64,000 bases of DNA from Halobacteriovoraceae bacterium (GCA_963719505.1 CAVRCF010000001.1:384001-448000); one strand, 5' to 3'. Shown: positions 11,001 through 20,406, counted from the first letter of the stretch. Program-made: numbers and translations. Notes: a model not told the origin generated them from the letters alone.

Positions 11001-11557
11001 ATTGGATCACCGTCCAAAGGAAAGATGTCAAAGATCTCTCCTTTTTTAGAAAAGACCCCAGGCTCTTCAACTGTTGGTGATTTACTATAGCCAAAAGAGC
11101 CAAGTTTTAACGCCAGATCATCTGGGGAAATAATGTCTGAGACTTCTATCTTAAAGGAGTTTAAAAAATGCTCTTTTGGAGGTAGCTTTAGGTGCATTGC
11201 AGAATAAGTTGTAATGATAACTCTTTTTCTCTCCGGATGAGATACCAAAGCTTGCAATGTGAGCTGCCTTTTGTAGAGTGCTGCTTCAGACTGAATAATT
11301 GACGAAAACGGATTATCAGTAAGACCTGGAAAAAAAAGGATCTCTTTTTTGTATTGCTTTAAGGTCTCATATGCCTTTTCAGCTTGCTCCTCTGTTCGAA
11401 AGATAAAAACATCTGAATTTTGAAAATTTGTCTCTTTCTTAAAGAAATTAAAATAAATAAAGCTCCAAGTAGAAAAATCAACACCAGACAGTTTTACTAC
11501 GCTATTTTTATCAAAAATAGTTTTTATGTTTTTTACAATACTCGAAAAGTCGGACAT
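8072..11557 (-). CDS. mfd: Transcription-repair coupling factor
   Basis: DRLICGDVGFGKTEVA, IIDEEQRFGV, TATPIPRTL, QLRGRIGRS; 1161 aa. Confidence 0.98.
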   Translation of the reverse strand: MSDFSSIVKNIKTIFDKNSVVKLSGVDFSTWSFIYFNFFKKETNFQNSDVFIFRTEEQAEKAYETLKQYKKEILFFPGLTDNPFSSIIQSEAALYKRQLTLQALVSHPERKRVIITTYSAMHLKLPPKEHFLNSFKIEVSDIISPDDLALKLGSFGYSKSPTVEEPGVFSKKGEIFDIFPLDGDPIRLLYFDDMIEEIYKIDKDNLKTLKDQPVQTVSIAQSPQGIISPDSVLSLRSKLPKYSPTQKLKNKNKNEIFEKLSQGMLFENYPLFFPLFFETNLLLTDFLTPSYKLHFFEKDTSENQFNESEANFYESVKRSVEDPSDDEVFPQPEQIYHFNSLLQKDFKEFNIDEISLNIDLGDNLDNSLNLHFESTKVFLKKYSQVEPKNKYEYLHQLIKAIESKLGASGKLYILYRNDSSRKELEFLISENISSKELKSKIEYFQISLTSGFYYKNENTFFLSESDLFAEKIKKTRKSKKLNTEDLFAEQLSTLKIGDYLIHKVHGVGKYLGMENIKMGNQENDFIIIEYKDNDKVYLPVYKLNLIQKHANQITEQRVDSLKTKKFELAKSKARSSVKRLAFDILELNAKRKLRKGFAFSEPDHHFKEFELDFPFEETPDQLSAIDDVLEDMQKETPMDRLICGDVGFGKTEVAMRASFKAVLDKKQVSILVPTTVLAYQHYNTFIKRFEGFAVNIEYVSRFKSASQVKEILQRVEQGTVDILIGTHKLLSDKIKYKDLGLIIIDEEQRFGVAHKEKLKLLKATVDNLVMTATPIPRTLQMSFLGIRELSLIRTAPLKRQSIKTYIIKDDGKTVRDAIEKELSRGGQIFIVHNKVNDIEEYAASIKKLVPDASLVVAHGQMPERELEKRIKDFYEHKFDILISTTIIESGIDIPAANTMIIDRADTFGLSQLHQLRGRIGRSDRKAYAYFLVPSNRNLSDIATKRLKALQTYADMGSGFSLATSDLEIRGSGDILGAEQSGHIANIGLELYMELLQESIEELKGQPVNHSRSIEIQTPFPSFLPNKFIEDTGLRLKYYKRLSNCKSHDLLDEIIEEIEDQFGLSPQEAQNLYLILKSRINLQHLALDSIKVLSKSIILNFNQLEIAEDVTLRNKVIQFFMERPKVYKLNPNFSVNCSFKDSVKPETLLEFTNYIAQQIDPC

Positions 11558-11644
11558 TCCCTTAACCTATTAAAAACACTGTTTTCATCATGTTAATTAT
11601 TAGCTACCCTATACTAAGTCAACCTAATAAGAGAAGCAAATTAC

Positions 11645-11917
11645 ATGGATGTTAAGCTTTACATTTTCAATGCACTTATTTATCTCATTGTGCCAGCGGG
11701 ATTCTTCTGTCTATTCTTTAGACCCAATAAAGACAAAAACTTGTCTTTTCGTCTTCAGTTTTTAAAAACCAAAAGACCGGATCAATCTAAAATAATATCT
11801 GTCATAGGACTGGTTATTTTGACTTGCCTTATATTGATCTATAGAGCTGATCTCATTTTTCTGATGTCGACAATTCTTCTTTTGTTGCTCCTTTTTAGAA
11901 AAAGATTTATCAAATGA
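11645..11917 (+). CDS. Membrane protein, possible highly divergent NuoA
   Basis: 90 aa, three TM helices with long first loop (FFRPNKDKNLSF) and basic tail; first gene of overlapping membrane operon. Confidence 0.45.
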   Translation: MDVKLYIFNALIYLIVPAGFFCLFFRPNKDKNLSFRLQFLKTKRPDQSKIISVIGLVILTCLILIYRADLIFLMSTILLLLLLFRKRFIK

Positions 11918-12732
11918 TTGAAATACTAAAAATGTCATTGATACAAGTAAGTGGGGCATTTATGGGTATGCTCCTTATTGCCATCAGCGGATATGTTGAA
12001 ACCTTTAAGATTTCTAGAGGGGTCTTCAATTTAATTAAATACTTTAAATTGACGAGTAGAAAAATAACAGTCTCCAGCTTTAAAAATAAAATGCCAGCAA
12101 ACTCTTATCTCATTAAGTTTTTATTATATATTCTCTTTTCCTTTTTTATTTTTAATACAACGACTTCAAATATTGAAATGCAAAGATACACTTTTTTGAT
12201 CTTAACCGTTTTATATTTCATTTTTGATGTCACGCTTTACTTGGAAGACAGTACACCCAATAAGAGTATAGAAGGTTATTTAGCAAGAAAATCAATTTTG
12301 ATGGTTCTGATTCTGAGTAGTTCTATATTCTCTTTATACCTTCTTGAAAAAGTCCCGGCGGGGAGTATTTATATTATTGCTTTAAAAATAGTAATCTTCC
12401 TCAATACCACTGGCCTAATCTATCTCTACGATTTTTTGTCCGAAAAATCATCTGAAGAAGTCTTGAATGCATTCCTTAGAAAAATTCTTTTTTACTTCCT
12501 CTTAATGAGTTTGTTCGTTTCATTAAACTCTTTTGGTTCGAGTGCTCAGTCATTGATTAAATACGGCTACTTTAGCGTGAGCATTGTCCTTGTAGAGTTC
12601 ATGGCAACATATGTAAAAACGAACCTAGGCTTCGTAAAGATAAATAGTGCCCTGAACCTTCTGGTTGATAACTTACTCGTTTATTTAATTATTTTTTGCG
12701 TTGTCATCGCGGGGTTAATCTATGTTGTTTAA
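11914..12732 (+). CDS. Membrane protein, possible highly divergent NuoH
   Basis: 272 aa; C-terminal YVKTNLGFVKINSALNLLVDNLL aligns by eye with NuoH WIRATLPRFRYDQLMxLGWKxLL. Confidence 0.5.
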   Translation: MIEILKMSLIQVSGAFMGMLLIAISGYVETFKISRGVFNLIKYFKLTSRKITVSSFKNKMPANSYLIKFLLYILFSFFIFNTTTSNIEMQRYTFLILTVLYFIFDVTLYLEDSTPNKSIEGYLARKSILMVLILSSSIFSLYLLEKVPAGSIYIIALKIVIFLNTTGLIYLYDFLSEKSSEEVLNAFLRKILFYFLLMSLFVSLNSFGSSAQSLIKYGYFSVSIVLVEFMATYVKTNLGFVKINSALNLLVDNLLVYLIIFCVVIAGLIYVV

Positions 12733-13144
12733 TATCTCAATATTGATAGCTATCGTTTTATGTGTATGGTCACTTTATACGAAAAAATATTTTTACGACT
12801 ATCTTTTAGCCATCGTTATGACGACTGTCTTTGCTTACCTTATGGCACAAAGAGTTTCACTTTTGGGAACAAGCTTAATTACATTTTTAGCGTTTATGAG
12901 TTTAGTGCTCTTGATGAGTAATTTTCTAGCCACATCGGAAAAAATTAAACGAAGAATTTATAAATCTTATTGGGGAAAAGTATTTATTTCTATGGTCTTT
13001 GGAGCTGGGATTGTTTTTACTTTCAAAAAAATAGCTCTGCCAAATCTCACCTTTAATAGAATTGAGTTTACCGAGGACTATTACCTTCTCATTGTTGTTT
13101 TTTTAATATCGATAAGTTTAAAGAAACAGAAGGAAGAAAAATGA
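12722..13144 (+). CDS. Membrane protein, possible highly divergent NuoJ
   Basis: 140 aa, about five TM helices, NuoJ-like topology and position. Confidence 0.45.
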   Translation: MLFNISILIAIVLCVWSLYTKKYFYDYLLAIVMTTVFAYLMAQRVSLLGTSLITFLAFMSLVLLMSNFLATSEKIKRRIYKSYWGKVFISMVFGAGIVFTFKKIALPNLTFNRIEFTEDYYLLIVVFLISISLKKQKEEK

Positions 13145-13392
13145 TATACTTCTCAATAATCTCTTTTATCTTGTCCGTTAGATACGTCTTTATTAGCTGG
13201 AATACCCCTGATAAACTTATTGGTGGATACTACTTAATTTTGGGTGGAGTGTCGTTAGTTGCAGCACATCCACGTATTTCCGACGAAAACATTATTCTCA
13301 CTGGTGTAGCTATTTGCTGTTCTGTATTGAGTCTTGGATTACTACTAGGAAAAATTGGAAAGCAGATGAAAAATGATGAGGAACTTATATGA
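13141..13392 (+). CDS. Membrane protein, possible highly divergent NuoK
   Basis: 83 aa, three TM helices, ISWN at the RRN position, SLGLLLGKI at the AVGLAI position. Confidence 0.45.
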   Translation: MIYFSIISFILSVRYVFISWNTPDKLIGGYYLILGGVSLVAAHPRISDENIILTGVAICCSVLSLGLLLGKIGKQMKNDEELI

Positions 13393-14225
13393 TTCTCATC
13401 GCTTTTACTATTCAAATTATTCTTTTATTTTTCTTAAAAAGTCATAAGACTTTCTCGGTGATCGGTGTTGGGTTACTAATGTCTTTGATAAACTTCTTTG
13501 ATTTATTTTCACAGTATTCATTATTAAAGCTCTCGATAACTGCGAATATTATCTATATCATCATTATGATTATCTTTTTGATCCAACAGATAAATAAAAA
13601 AAATGTAAAAGCAAAAAACATCATCTTCTTTAGCTTTATATTTGCCACAATGAATACGTACATTATTGCTGTGAGTTTACTTCTTTCGCTAATCTTTAAT
13701 CAAGAAACAGGTTTAGATGACAGGCCAAAAACTTTAATAAAACTGCTTTGTGTTATTTTTATAGGGGACTACTTTTTTGGAGGGTGGAATATATCCTTTC
13801 TTATACCATTTCTTATTCTTGTAGGATTAGCTTTATCTCAACTTCGGCTATTTACTGCTAGCAGCTTTTCGTACTTTACTACGAGTGCCTTTATAACAGC
13901 TGCAGAAGGTGGACAATACTATACCTTTTCCCTAGTGGGCGCGGTTTTAGCTATCCTTATTTTGAGAGAATTTATTGCCAATAGAAAAGAGAAGATAGTC
14001 AGGAATGACTTTATAGATAAAGTCACTTTTAGTCTGTTGATAACTCCACAACTAAGAGTTAAGAGAGCTAATATTGTTGAGACACAGACACAGTCTTCTG
14101 AATCTACAGATATAGCTCAGTATAGAAATGATATTGTTAATAAAGAGGATATTCTTGATCTTTTGTTGGCTTTCTTGGCCGTCGGATCAATAACCTATCT
14201 GGGGGCAACTTATGGAAATATATAA
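13389..14225 (+). CDS. Membrane protein, possible internally deleted NuoL
   Basis: FIGDY (cf. RIGD), LALSQLRL (cf. KSAQLPL), NDFIDKVTFSLLITP followed by a hydrophilic stretch and final TM (cf. lateral helix). Confidence 0.45.
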   Translation: MILIAFTIQIILLFFLKSHKTFSVIGVGLLMSLINFFDLFSQYSLLKLSITANIIYIIIMIIFLIQQINKKNVKAKNIIFFSFIFATMNTYIIAVSLLLSLIFNQETGLDDRPKTLIKLLCVIFIGDYFFGGWNISFLIPFLILVGLALSQLRLFTASSFSYFTTSAFITAAEGGQYYTFSLVGAVLAILILREFIANRKEKIVRNDFIDKVTFSLLITPQLRVKRANIVETQTQSSESTDIAQYRNDIVNKEDILDLLLAFLAVGSITYLGATYGNI

Positions 14226-14838
14226 AGTACTCCTTGATTATTGGGGACTACTGGTTCCGCTTTCAACTCTGATATTTATAAAGAAAAATTTTTATAATAC
14301 TTTAAGTATCTTCCTTTTGAGTTTGATCTTAGTCTTTCCAAAAGATTTAAAAGAGTTTCAGATCTACATTGCCCTTTTTGTAGTTGCTTTGATTATTCCT
14401 AAAGAAAAAAGTAAACTTGATGAGACAATATCGAGATTTGTTTCAGCGATTTGCCTTGTTGCCTTTTTGATATTGAACTCAGAAGAAAGTTTAAAGATAG
14501 ACGAAATATACTTTCTGATTCTAGTCTCATCGATACTGTTATCGATTAAAGGGTTTAAAAGAAAGCTTCTGACAATAGCCAGTGTTTCTATGCCCATTGT
14601 GACTACCGTGCTGAGCATACCGACAAAGGTATTACTTGTGATCCCGTTCTTATTTCTCCCATTATTATTTGAACGACTGAGCAAAAAAGAGTTTAGTACC
14701 TATTGTTTAGGTTGTCTTATAAGCTTAGGAAGTTTCACATCCGAACCTATTCTTTCAACCTATGTGGGATTTGCGATACTATCAATATTTGTGGTTTCTC
14801 CAAACGGAGAAAAGGCTCTTTCCGAGGATGAGATATGA
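14212..14838 (+). CDS. Membrane protein (NuoM position)
   Basis: 208 aa hydrophobic ORF; assignment by position only. Confidence 0.3.
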   Translation: MEIYKVLLDYWGLLVPLSTLIFIKKNFYNTLSIFLLSLILVFPKDLKEFQIYIALFVVALIIPKEKSKLDETISRFVSAICLVAFLILNSEESLKIDEIYFLILVSSILLSIKGFKRKLLTIASVSMPIVTTVLSIPTKVLLVIPFLFLPLLFERLSKKEFSTYCLGCLISLGSFTSEPILSTYVGFAILSIFVVSPNGEKALSEDEI

Positions 14839-15950
14839 GCGCACTATCGATAATTGGTATTATTTCTGTCTTTTATGCTCTTTGCTCAGAAAAATTAAAC
14901 TTTCTAAAGGGTACACCTACTCGATGTATTATTTTCTTCGTATTTTTAGCTTTTACGGTGCAATCCTTTCTTTACACAAATATTTTACTATCACCTTTTG
15001 GGTTACTTGTTCTCATCACCCCCCTACTTTATGGCTTTTCAGTTCTCATAAAAGAACAAGATGATAGGCATGATATTTTTTATATATTAATTATGATGAT
15101 ATTAGTTCGAAATATTGAGTCTACGACTTTCTTCCTTTTCTTAATTATAGCGAAAGGTATTTTTGTAGCCTTTCAGACTGAAGGAAGAAAAGAAGAGCGT
15201 TTAAACTATATCAAAAATAGCCTTTCACAACTTTTTATAATGCTAGTAGCTTTTTTGGCCTATTTGTATCTCAATTCTAGAAATACTATCTATCTCATTC
15301 CACTACTATTATCACTATACTTCCATATGAAGTCGATTGGGCTAAGGGTCTCTCACAAGATGTTTGATGACAGGCCTGCAAATATTGCAAAGTCAATAAT
15401 ATCTACATTAATGATACCTTACCTCATTCTTTACAAGATCTCCGCTGTTGAGAATGGATTAAACTTTCTGGTTCTTGATGGAGCAAAGTACACTGTTTTT
15501 TCTTTCTTTATAAGTTTTTCACTTTATATAACTATTCGATATAGAAGTAATAGAGTTATCTATCCTATTTTATCTTCTCTATTACTGGGATATTTATACT
15601 TGAGTTCCGCCATCTCTTTTGAACTCATGGTAGCACTAGACCTCCTTTCATATTTTTGTATCTTTATCGCTAGAGGAATAAGTAATCCAAAGGTAAGAAA
15701 TATATTTAAGTCCCTTTTATTACTAACTCCAATGAGTCCATTTTTCTATTTGGTATTTAAAAAAATTGGGGATGCTGATCTTGGGCGTCTGGAACTTTTT
15801 GGAATTATGACTCTTTTAGTTTTATTTTACCTAAACGTTATTAGTATTAAAGAAAATCTATGGAAAAAAAATTCAAAAATATTACAAGCAAAGCTGTTGG
15901 CATGCTTCTTATCAATATTAGTGGTAGTATACATCTATGACACAATATAG
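14835..15950 (+). CDS. Membrane protein, possible highly divergent NuoN
   Basis: EERLNYIKNSLS (cf. EAALKYFLLGA), KMFDDRPANIAKSIIST (cf. DVYEGAPTPVTAFLST), SLLLLTPMSPFF (cf. SLAGIPPTAGF). Confidence 0.5.
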   Translation: MSALSIIGIISVFYALCSEKLNFLKGTPTRCIIFFVFLAFTVQSFLYTNILLSPFGLLVLITPLLYGFSVLIKEQDDRHDIFYILIMMILVRNIESTTFFLFLIIAKGIFVAFQTEGRKEERLNYIKNSLSQLFIMLVAFLAYLYLNSRNTIYLIPLLLSLYFHMKSIGLRVSHKMFDDRPANIAKSIISTLMIPYLILYKISAVENGLNFLVLDGAKYTVFSFFISFSLYITIRYRSNRVIYPILSSLLLGYLYLSSAISFELMVALDLLSYFCIFIARGISNPKVRNIFKSLLLLTPMSPFFYLVFKKIGDADLGRLELFGIMTLLVLFYLNVISIKENLWKKNSKILQAKLLACFLSILVVVYIYDTI

Positions 15951-18900
15951 AGTTAGACTCCAAAATGACCGAGTTATTGGACCTCTAAACCTAGAGGATC
16001 TAATTGAACTAAAAAAAGCCGGTAAGATTGACGGAAGTGAAGAAGTTCAAATTTTTCCAACTGGCGATTGGAAAAAGATGAGTTCTTTCCCCGAGCTTTC
16101 AACACTATCAAATGTCCTCGAAAATGATGACGATGCTGCAACATTTATAAGAAAGATAAACTTAGAAGAACTCAAAGAAGAAGCTGACCAAACGCAGCAG
16201 TTTCCAAAAAAGTTTGAATATGAAAAAAAGACTCCCTTCTCTAGTAAGTCAGAAAAGGTTGAAAAAGAAGATGAAACGATTGTCCCAGAGAAAAAGGATG
16301 AAGTTGAAATTCCAGATGCAACTGTCATAAAGAAAGTCGCTAAGCCAGCTGAGCCTCAAGATGATGATAAAACAAAAATAAATACGAATACATTGAAGTA
16401 TCTTGAAGAGTTAAAGAAAGCCAAGGAAAAAGAGCTTGAGGAAGAAGCACTGGCTGTAGAGCCTGAGCCAGAAATTGACCTAGATTCTGATGCGACACAA
16501 GTAATCTCATTAGATGCTCTGAAAGACCTAAAGCACTCGGAGAAGTCTTCAGAAAAAGAGTTTGCAAAGGAAAAAGCAGACTTTCTCAAAGAGAAAAAAG
16601 AGATTGAGAAAAAAATAAAAGAATCTGTCGTTGAGGAAGAAGAAGAGGACGAAGATAATGAGGATGATGCAAAAAAAGCAAAGAAAAAGAAACTTCTACT
16701 CATCTTTGTCGTTTTTCTAATAGCCTATGTTGTCTTATTTCCTGAAGAAGAAAAGAAATCTACCTTGAAGAAAATAGTTTTACAGGAACCAAGAATTGAA
16801 TTTCCTATACGATTCGATCAACCTGACAAGACTAAAGCCTCTATCCTTTATAAAGAGGGACTGATTTTAGAAAAAGAAGGAAGTTACTTATCAGAAATAA
16901 AAGCAGGAATTAAGTATAAGTTATCGGCGGAGAATCAATTTAATTCGAACCCTGCTCTGGCTCGTCTTATATTCCTCTACTCAAGCCATCTGGATAACTC
17001 TACAAATAAAAAGGAAGATGCAAATACGATTTTCAAATTGGTACAAATCTTTAGAACCAAAGCTCTGCAAGACCCCGATTTCACAGCCGCTGTTGCTTTG
17101 TTTTACATCCAGACAGAAAAATATGCAGCTGCTGTTAATACCGTAGAAAAATATAACGCCATTAAAAAGAGTAACCCCACTGTTGAGCTCTTTGCGGTCT
17201 ACCTGGAAGCGCTTCTAAAAATTGGAGATCTCGTTAAGGCAAAGGCTGTTGCAACTAAAATAGAAACAGTACCAATGAAGGACAGGTCGATATACGTTCA
17301 CCTCTCTCTCATCAATTATTATAGCCTAATTGGTAATTTTGAACGTCCTTCTGAAATTATAGCTGAAGCAAGAAAGATATTTAAAAGATCAATTCCTATA
17401 AACTTAGAAAGAGCGAGACTTCTTTTTTACAAAGAAGATTTCGAATCTTTAAAAAAGCTTTTAAGACAGTTACGAACAGTTAATCTTGGAAAGTCTAGAG
17501 TTCACTATGCTAAATACCTAGAATATATGGGACTGGTTGCAGCGAAAGAAGGTGATGAAAAGAAGGCTGAGTACTATTTTGATAAAGCTTTAAAGACTCA
17601 TGAGTCTTTAGAGTTAAGGTCACGCCTAGCCGAACTCTTTGTTCCGGGGGCTGCAGATCAAAACAGTATGGTCGCAGAAAGTAAGGCCATTCAATTAATT
17701 GCAAACTCAAAAATTCAAGCTAAAAAAGGAAACTGGAAATTTGCTTTTAAGGATGCTCTTGAGGCAAATAGAATTGCGTCTAACTTTATTCCGGCCAAAA
17801 TATATTTAGCCAAATTACAAATAGATCAGAGTATCTTTAAAGAAGCGATTGAAACACTTGAAGAGCTTTATAAAAATAATTCAAGAAATCCTGAAATAGT
17901 ATTTACGCTAATTGATGCTTATATAGAGTCTTACAAGTTTACTGATGTACAAAGGCTTCTGACGATTTTAAATACTTCGGAGATGAGAAATAGACCGGAG
18001 TACACCTCTTTGACGGCTAAGTATTATATCTACAAAGAGGATTTTGCTAGTTCAGTCGCCTGGCTTCAACGTGCGATAAATAAAGACCCTTTAAATGATC
18101 AAAATCAATTTGAACTTGCTAAAATGTTTATTCGTTACAATAAGTTTAACCGTGCAAAAACTCGTTTGAATAAGGCGATGGATCTGGATCCTGCGAACAC
18201 CGACTACCGTGTTGCTTATTCAAAAATTCTTTACGAAGTCGATGGTGCCTCTTTTGCGATTGGATATCTTTATGATGTTCTCCAAGACTTCCCTGATAAC
18301 GGCAAGATTTTAAGTCAAATCGGTATTTCATATTATAGAAGTGGGCAGATAAAAAGCTTTGAAGGTATTAAGGAGAAGCTGCAATCTATACCAAATAAGG
18401 ACACGACTCTTTATGAATTCTTAATTAAAGCTGCCGTGATCGACGGCAAGCCACAGGATCAAATAAAATATAGTCAAAAACTTATAGAGCTTAATCCAGG
18501 TGATCTAAAAACGAGATTGAATCTAGGTAAGATCTATATGCAACAAGAAAAGTATAAGAAAGCCTTGATAGAGTTTAAAGCAATTGAAGATCGGTTGGAA
18601 ACATATCCTATGCTACAGCTCTATATGGCAAATCTTTACGTCTTAACAGACAATCTGGATATGGCGACCGAGTTAGCGATGAAGGAGATAAAAGCCAATT
18701 CCTCGAGTGAACTTGGATATATTCTACTTGGTGATATTTATTCAAAAAAGAAAGATTATGTAGAGGCTGAAAACTATTATAAGAAAGCTCAAAAGATAAA
18801 CGGCGAGAACGTTGATATGCTTTTGGGACTGGCAAAGATAAACTTCAAAAAAAGCCAATATGACTTAACACTTGATCTTTTTCTAAAAGCTCGAGAAAAT

Positions 18901-19059
18901 GCTCCAGAAAGAGCAGAAATACATAAGCTATTGGGCGACGCTTATAGAAAAATGGGACAGAGTTCATTGGCCTTAGAGTCATATAAATTGTTTCTTGAGC
19001 TTTCACCAACGTCAAAGTATAAAGATGAAATAAGCACTTATATTCAAAAAATGCAGTGA
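15937..19059 (+). CDS. Large bitopic TPR protein with N-terminal GYF_2-like domain
   Basis: YRVRLQNDRVIGPLNLEDLIELKKAGKI...W (GYF_2-like), acidic linker, single TM (LLLIFVVFLIAYVVLF), long TPR region. Confidence 0.8.
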   Translation: MTQYRVRLQNDRVIGPLNLEDLIELKKAGKIDGSEEVQIFPTGDWKKMSSFPELSTLSNVLENDDDAATFIRKINLEELKEEADQTQQFPKKFEYEKKTPFSSKSEKVEKEDETIVPEKKDEVEIPDATVIKKVAKPAEPQDDDKTKINTNTLKYLEELKKAKEKELEEEALAVEPEPEIDLDSDATQVISLDALKDLKHSEKSSEKEFAKEKADFLKEKKEIEKKIKESVVEEEEEDEDNEDDAKKAKKKKLLLIFVVFLIAYVVLFPEEEKKSTLKKIVLQEPRIEFPIRFDQPDKTKASILYKEGLILEKEGSYLSEIKAGIKYKLSAENQFNSNPALARLIFLYSSHLDNSTNKKEDANTIFKLVQIFRTKALQDPDFTAAVALFYIQTEKYAAAVNTVEKYNAIKKSNPTVELFAVYLEALLKIGDLVKAKAVATKIETVPMKDRSIYVHLSLINYYSLIGNFERPSEIIAEARKIFKRSIPINLERARLLFYKEDFESLKKLLRQLRTVNLGKSRVHYAKYLEYMGLVAAKEGDEKKAEYYFDKALKTHESLELRSRLAELFVPGAADQNSMVAESKAIQLIANSKIQAKKGNWKFAFKDALEANRIASNFIPAKIYLAKLQIDQSIFKEAIETLEELYKNNSRNPEIVFTLIDAYIESYKFTDVQRLLTILNTSEMRNRPEYTSLTAKYYIYKEDFASSVAWLQRAINKDPLNDQNQFELAKMFIRYNKFNRAKTRLNKAMDLDPANTDYRVAYSKILYEVDGASFAIGYLYDVLQDFPDNGKILSQIGISYYRSGQIKSFEGIKEKLQSIPNKDTTLYEFLIKAAVIDGKPQDQIKYSQKLIELNPGDLKTRLNLGKIYMQQEKYKKALIEFKAIEDRLETYPMLQLYMANLYVLTDNLDMATELAMKEIKANSSSELGYILLGDIYSKKKDYVEAENYYKKAQKINGENVDMLLGLAKINFKKSQYDLTLDLFLKARENAPERAEIHKLLGDAYRKMGQSSLALESYKLFLELSPTSKYKDEISTYIQKMQ

Positions 19060-19065
19060 GGAAAT

Positions 19066-20358
19066 ATGCACGATATAAAACAAATCGAATCAAATTTAGA
19101 AGACTTCAAGAAAAACTTAAATAAAAGAGGGTTTGATCTGTCTGTCATCGATAGCGTCGTCGAGTTAAATTCACAAAGAAAGGCGCTCACTACTAATGTT
19201 GAAACGGCCCAAGCTCAAGTTAAAGCTAAATCAAAAGAAGTTGGATCTCTTATGAAAAGTGGAGATAAAGATGGTGCTGAAAAGATTAAAGCAGAAGTTA
19301 CAAATATTAAGTCTTCCATTGATGAAGATAATACAAAGCTTGGTGAAATAAAATCAACGCTAGAGTATCAACTTTCAACGATTCCCAATCTTATTTCCGA
19401 TGACACACCTATTGGGTCTGACGAAAGTGCAAATATTGAGGTCAATAGATGGGGAAAGCCCAGAGAATTTGACTTTAAGGTAAAGGACCATGCAGACCTT
19501 GGAGAAGAGCTGGGTATGCTTGATTTCGAAAAAGCTGCTGAGCTAACTGGTGCACGGTTTTGTGTCTATAAAGCTGATTTAGCTCGAATGGAAAGAGCTC
19601 TTGCAAACTTTATGTTAGATTTTCATTTGGAAAATGGTTACGAAGAAATTATTCCACCTTTTATTGTTAATGAAAAAACTCTCTATGGTACAGGCCAGCT
19701 TCCCAAATTTGGAGAAGACCTTTTCAAGTTAACTTTGGAAGATAAAAACTGGTATCTTATTCCAACATCAGAAGTACCTTTGACAAATCTTGCAGCCAAC
19801 GAGATATATAACGAAGAGCAACTTCCATTTAAGTATACAGCTTTTACACCTTGCTTTAGATCAGAAGCTGGTTCGCATGGAAGAGATACCAGAGGGCTTA
19901 TTAGAGTCCATCAATTTAACAAGGTAGAGATGGTTAACATAACTCATCCTGATCAATCTGATAAAACCTTGGACGAGATGGTAAAGTCTGCTGAGACAAT
20001 CTTAGAGAAGCTTAACCTACCCTTTAGAACAGTTAGACTTTGTACTGGAGACATAGGCTTTGGATCAAATAAGACATTTGATCTAGAAGTTTGGGTTCCT
20101 TCTCAAAAAACTTATAGAGAAATTTCATCATGTTCAAATTGTCATGACTTTCAAGCGCGCCGCGCTAGTATTCGATTTAAGAAGCAAGGCGAAAAACCTC
20201 AGTTTGCTCACACCTTAAATGGATCAGGACTAGCTGTTGGACGTACGATGGTTGCTATACTTGAGAACTTTCAAAATGAAGATGGGTCGATTACTATCCC
20301 CGAAGTTTTAAGACCATATATGGGTGGAAAAGAAAAAATTGTCCCTAAAAATAAATAA
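19066..20358 (+). CDS. serS: Serine--tRNA ligase
   Basis: YLIPTSEVPL, CFRSEAGS, RVHQFNKVE, EISSCSN, HTLNGSGLAVGR. Confidence 0.98.
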   Translation: MHDIKQIESNLEDFKKNLNKRGFDLSVIDSVVELNSQRKALTTNVETAQAQVKAKSKEVGSLMKSGDKDGAEKIKAEVTNIKSSIDEDNTKLGEIKSTLEYQLSTIPNLISDDTPIGSDESANIEVNRWGKPREFDFKVKDHADLGEELGMLDFEKAAELTGARFCVYKADLARMERALANFMLDFHLENGYEEIIPPFIVNEKTLYGTGQLPKFGEDLFKLTLEDKNWYLIPTSEVPLTNLAANEIYNEEQLPFKYTAFTPCFRSEAGSHGRDTRGLIRVHQFNKVEMVNITHPDQSDKTLDEMVKSAETILEKLNLPFRTVRLCTGDIGFGSNKTFDLEVWVPSQKTYREISSCSNCHDFQARRASIRFKKQGEKPQFAHTLNGSGLAVGRTMVAILENFQNEDGSITIPEVLRPYMGGKEKIVPKNK

Positions 20359-20406
20359 TTGATTTATTAAGGTTTAGGCCTTATATTCTTGAATAAGTTT
20401 TTCAAT

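Noticed and set aside
11645-15950. Canonical Mrp antiporter or functional NADH dehydrogenase annotation
   Set aside because: The ORFs are too short and lack the conserved charged motifs, so gene symbols were withheld; retained only as a divergent-homology hypothesis.
16047-16703. Ser/Phe-rich minus-strand ORFs (also 39690-40328, 41847-42173, 58815-59171)
   Set aside because: Antisense shadows of Glu/Lys-rich coding regions.
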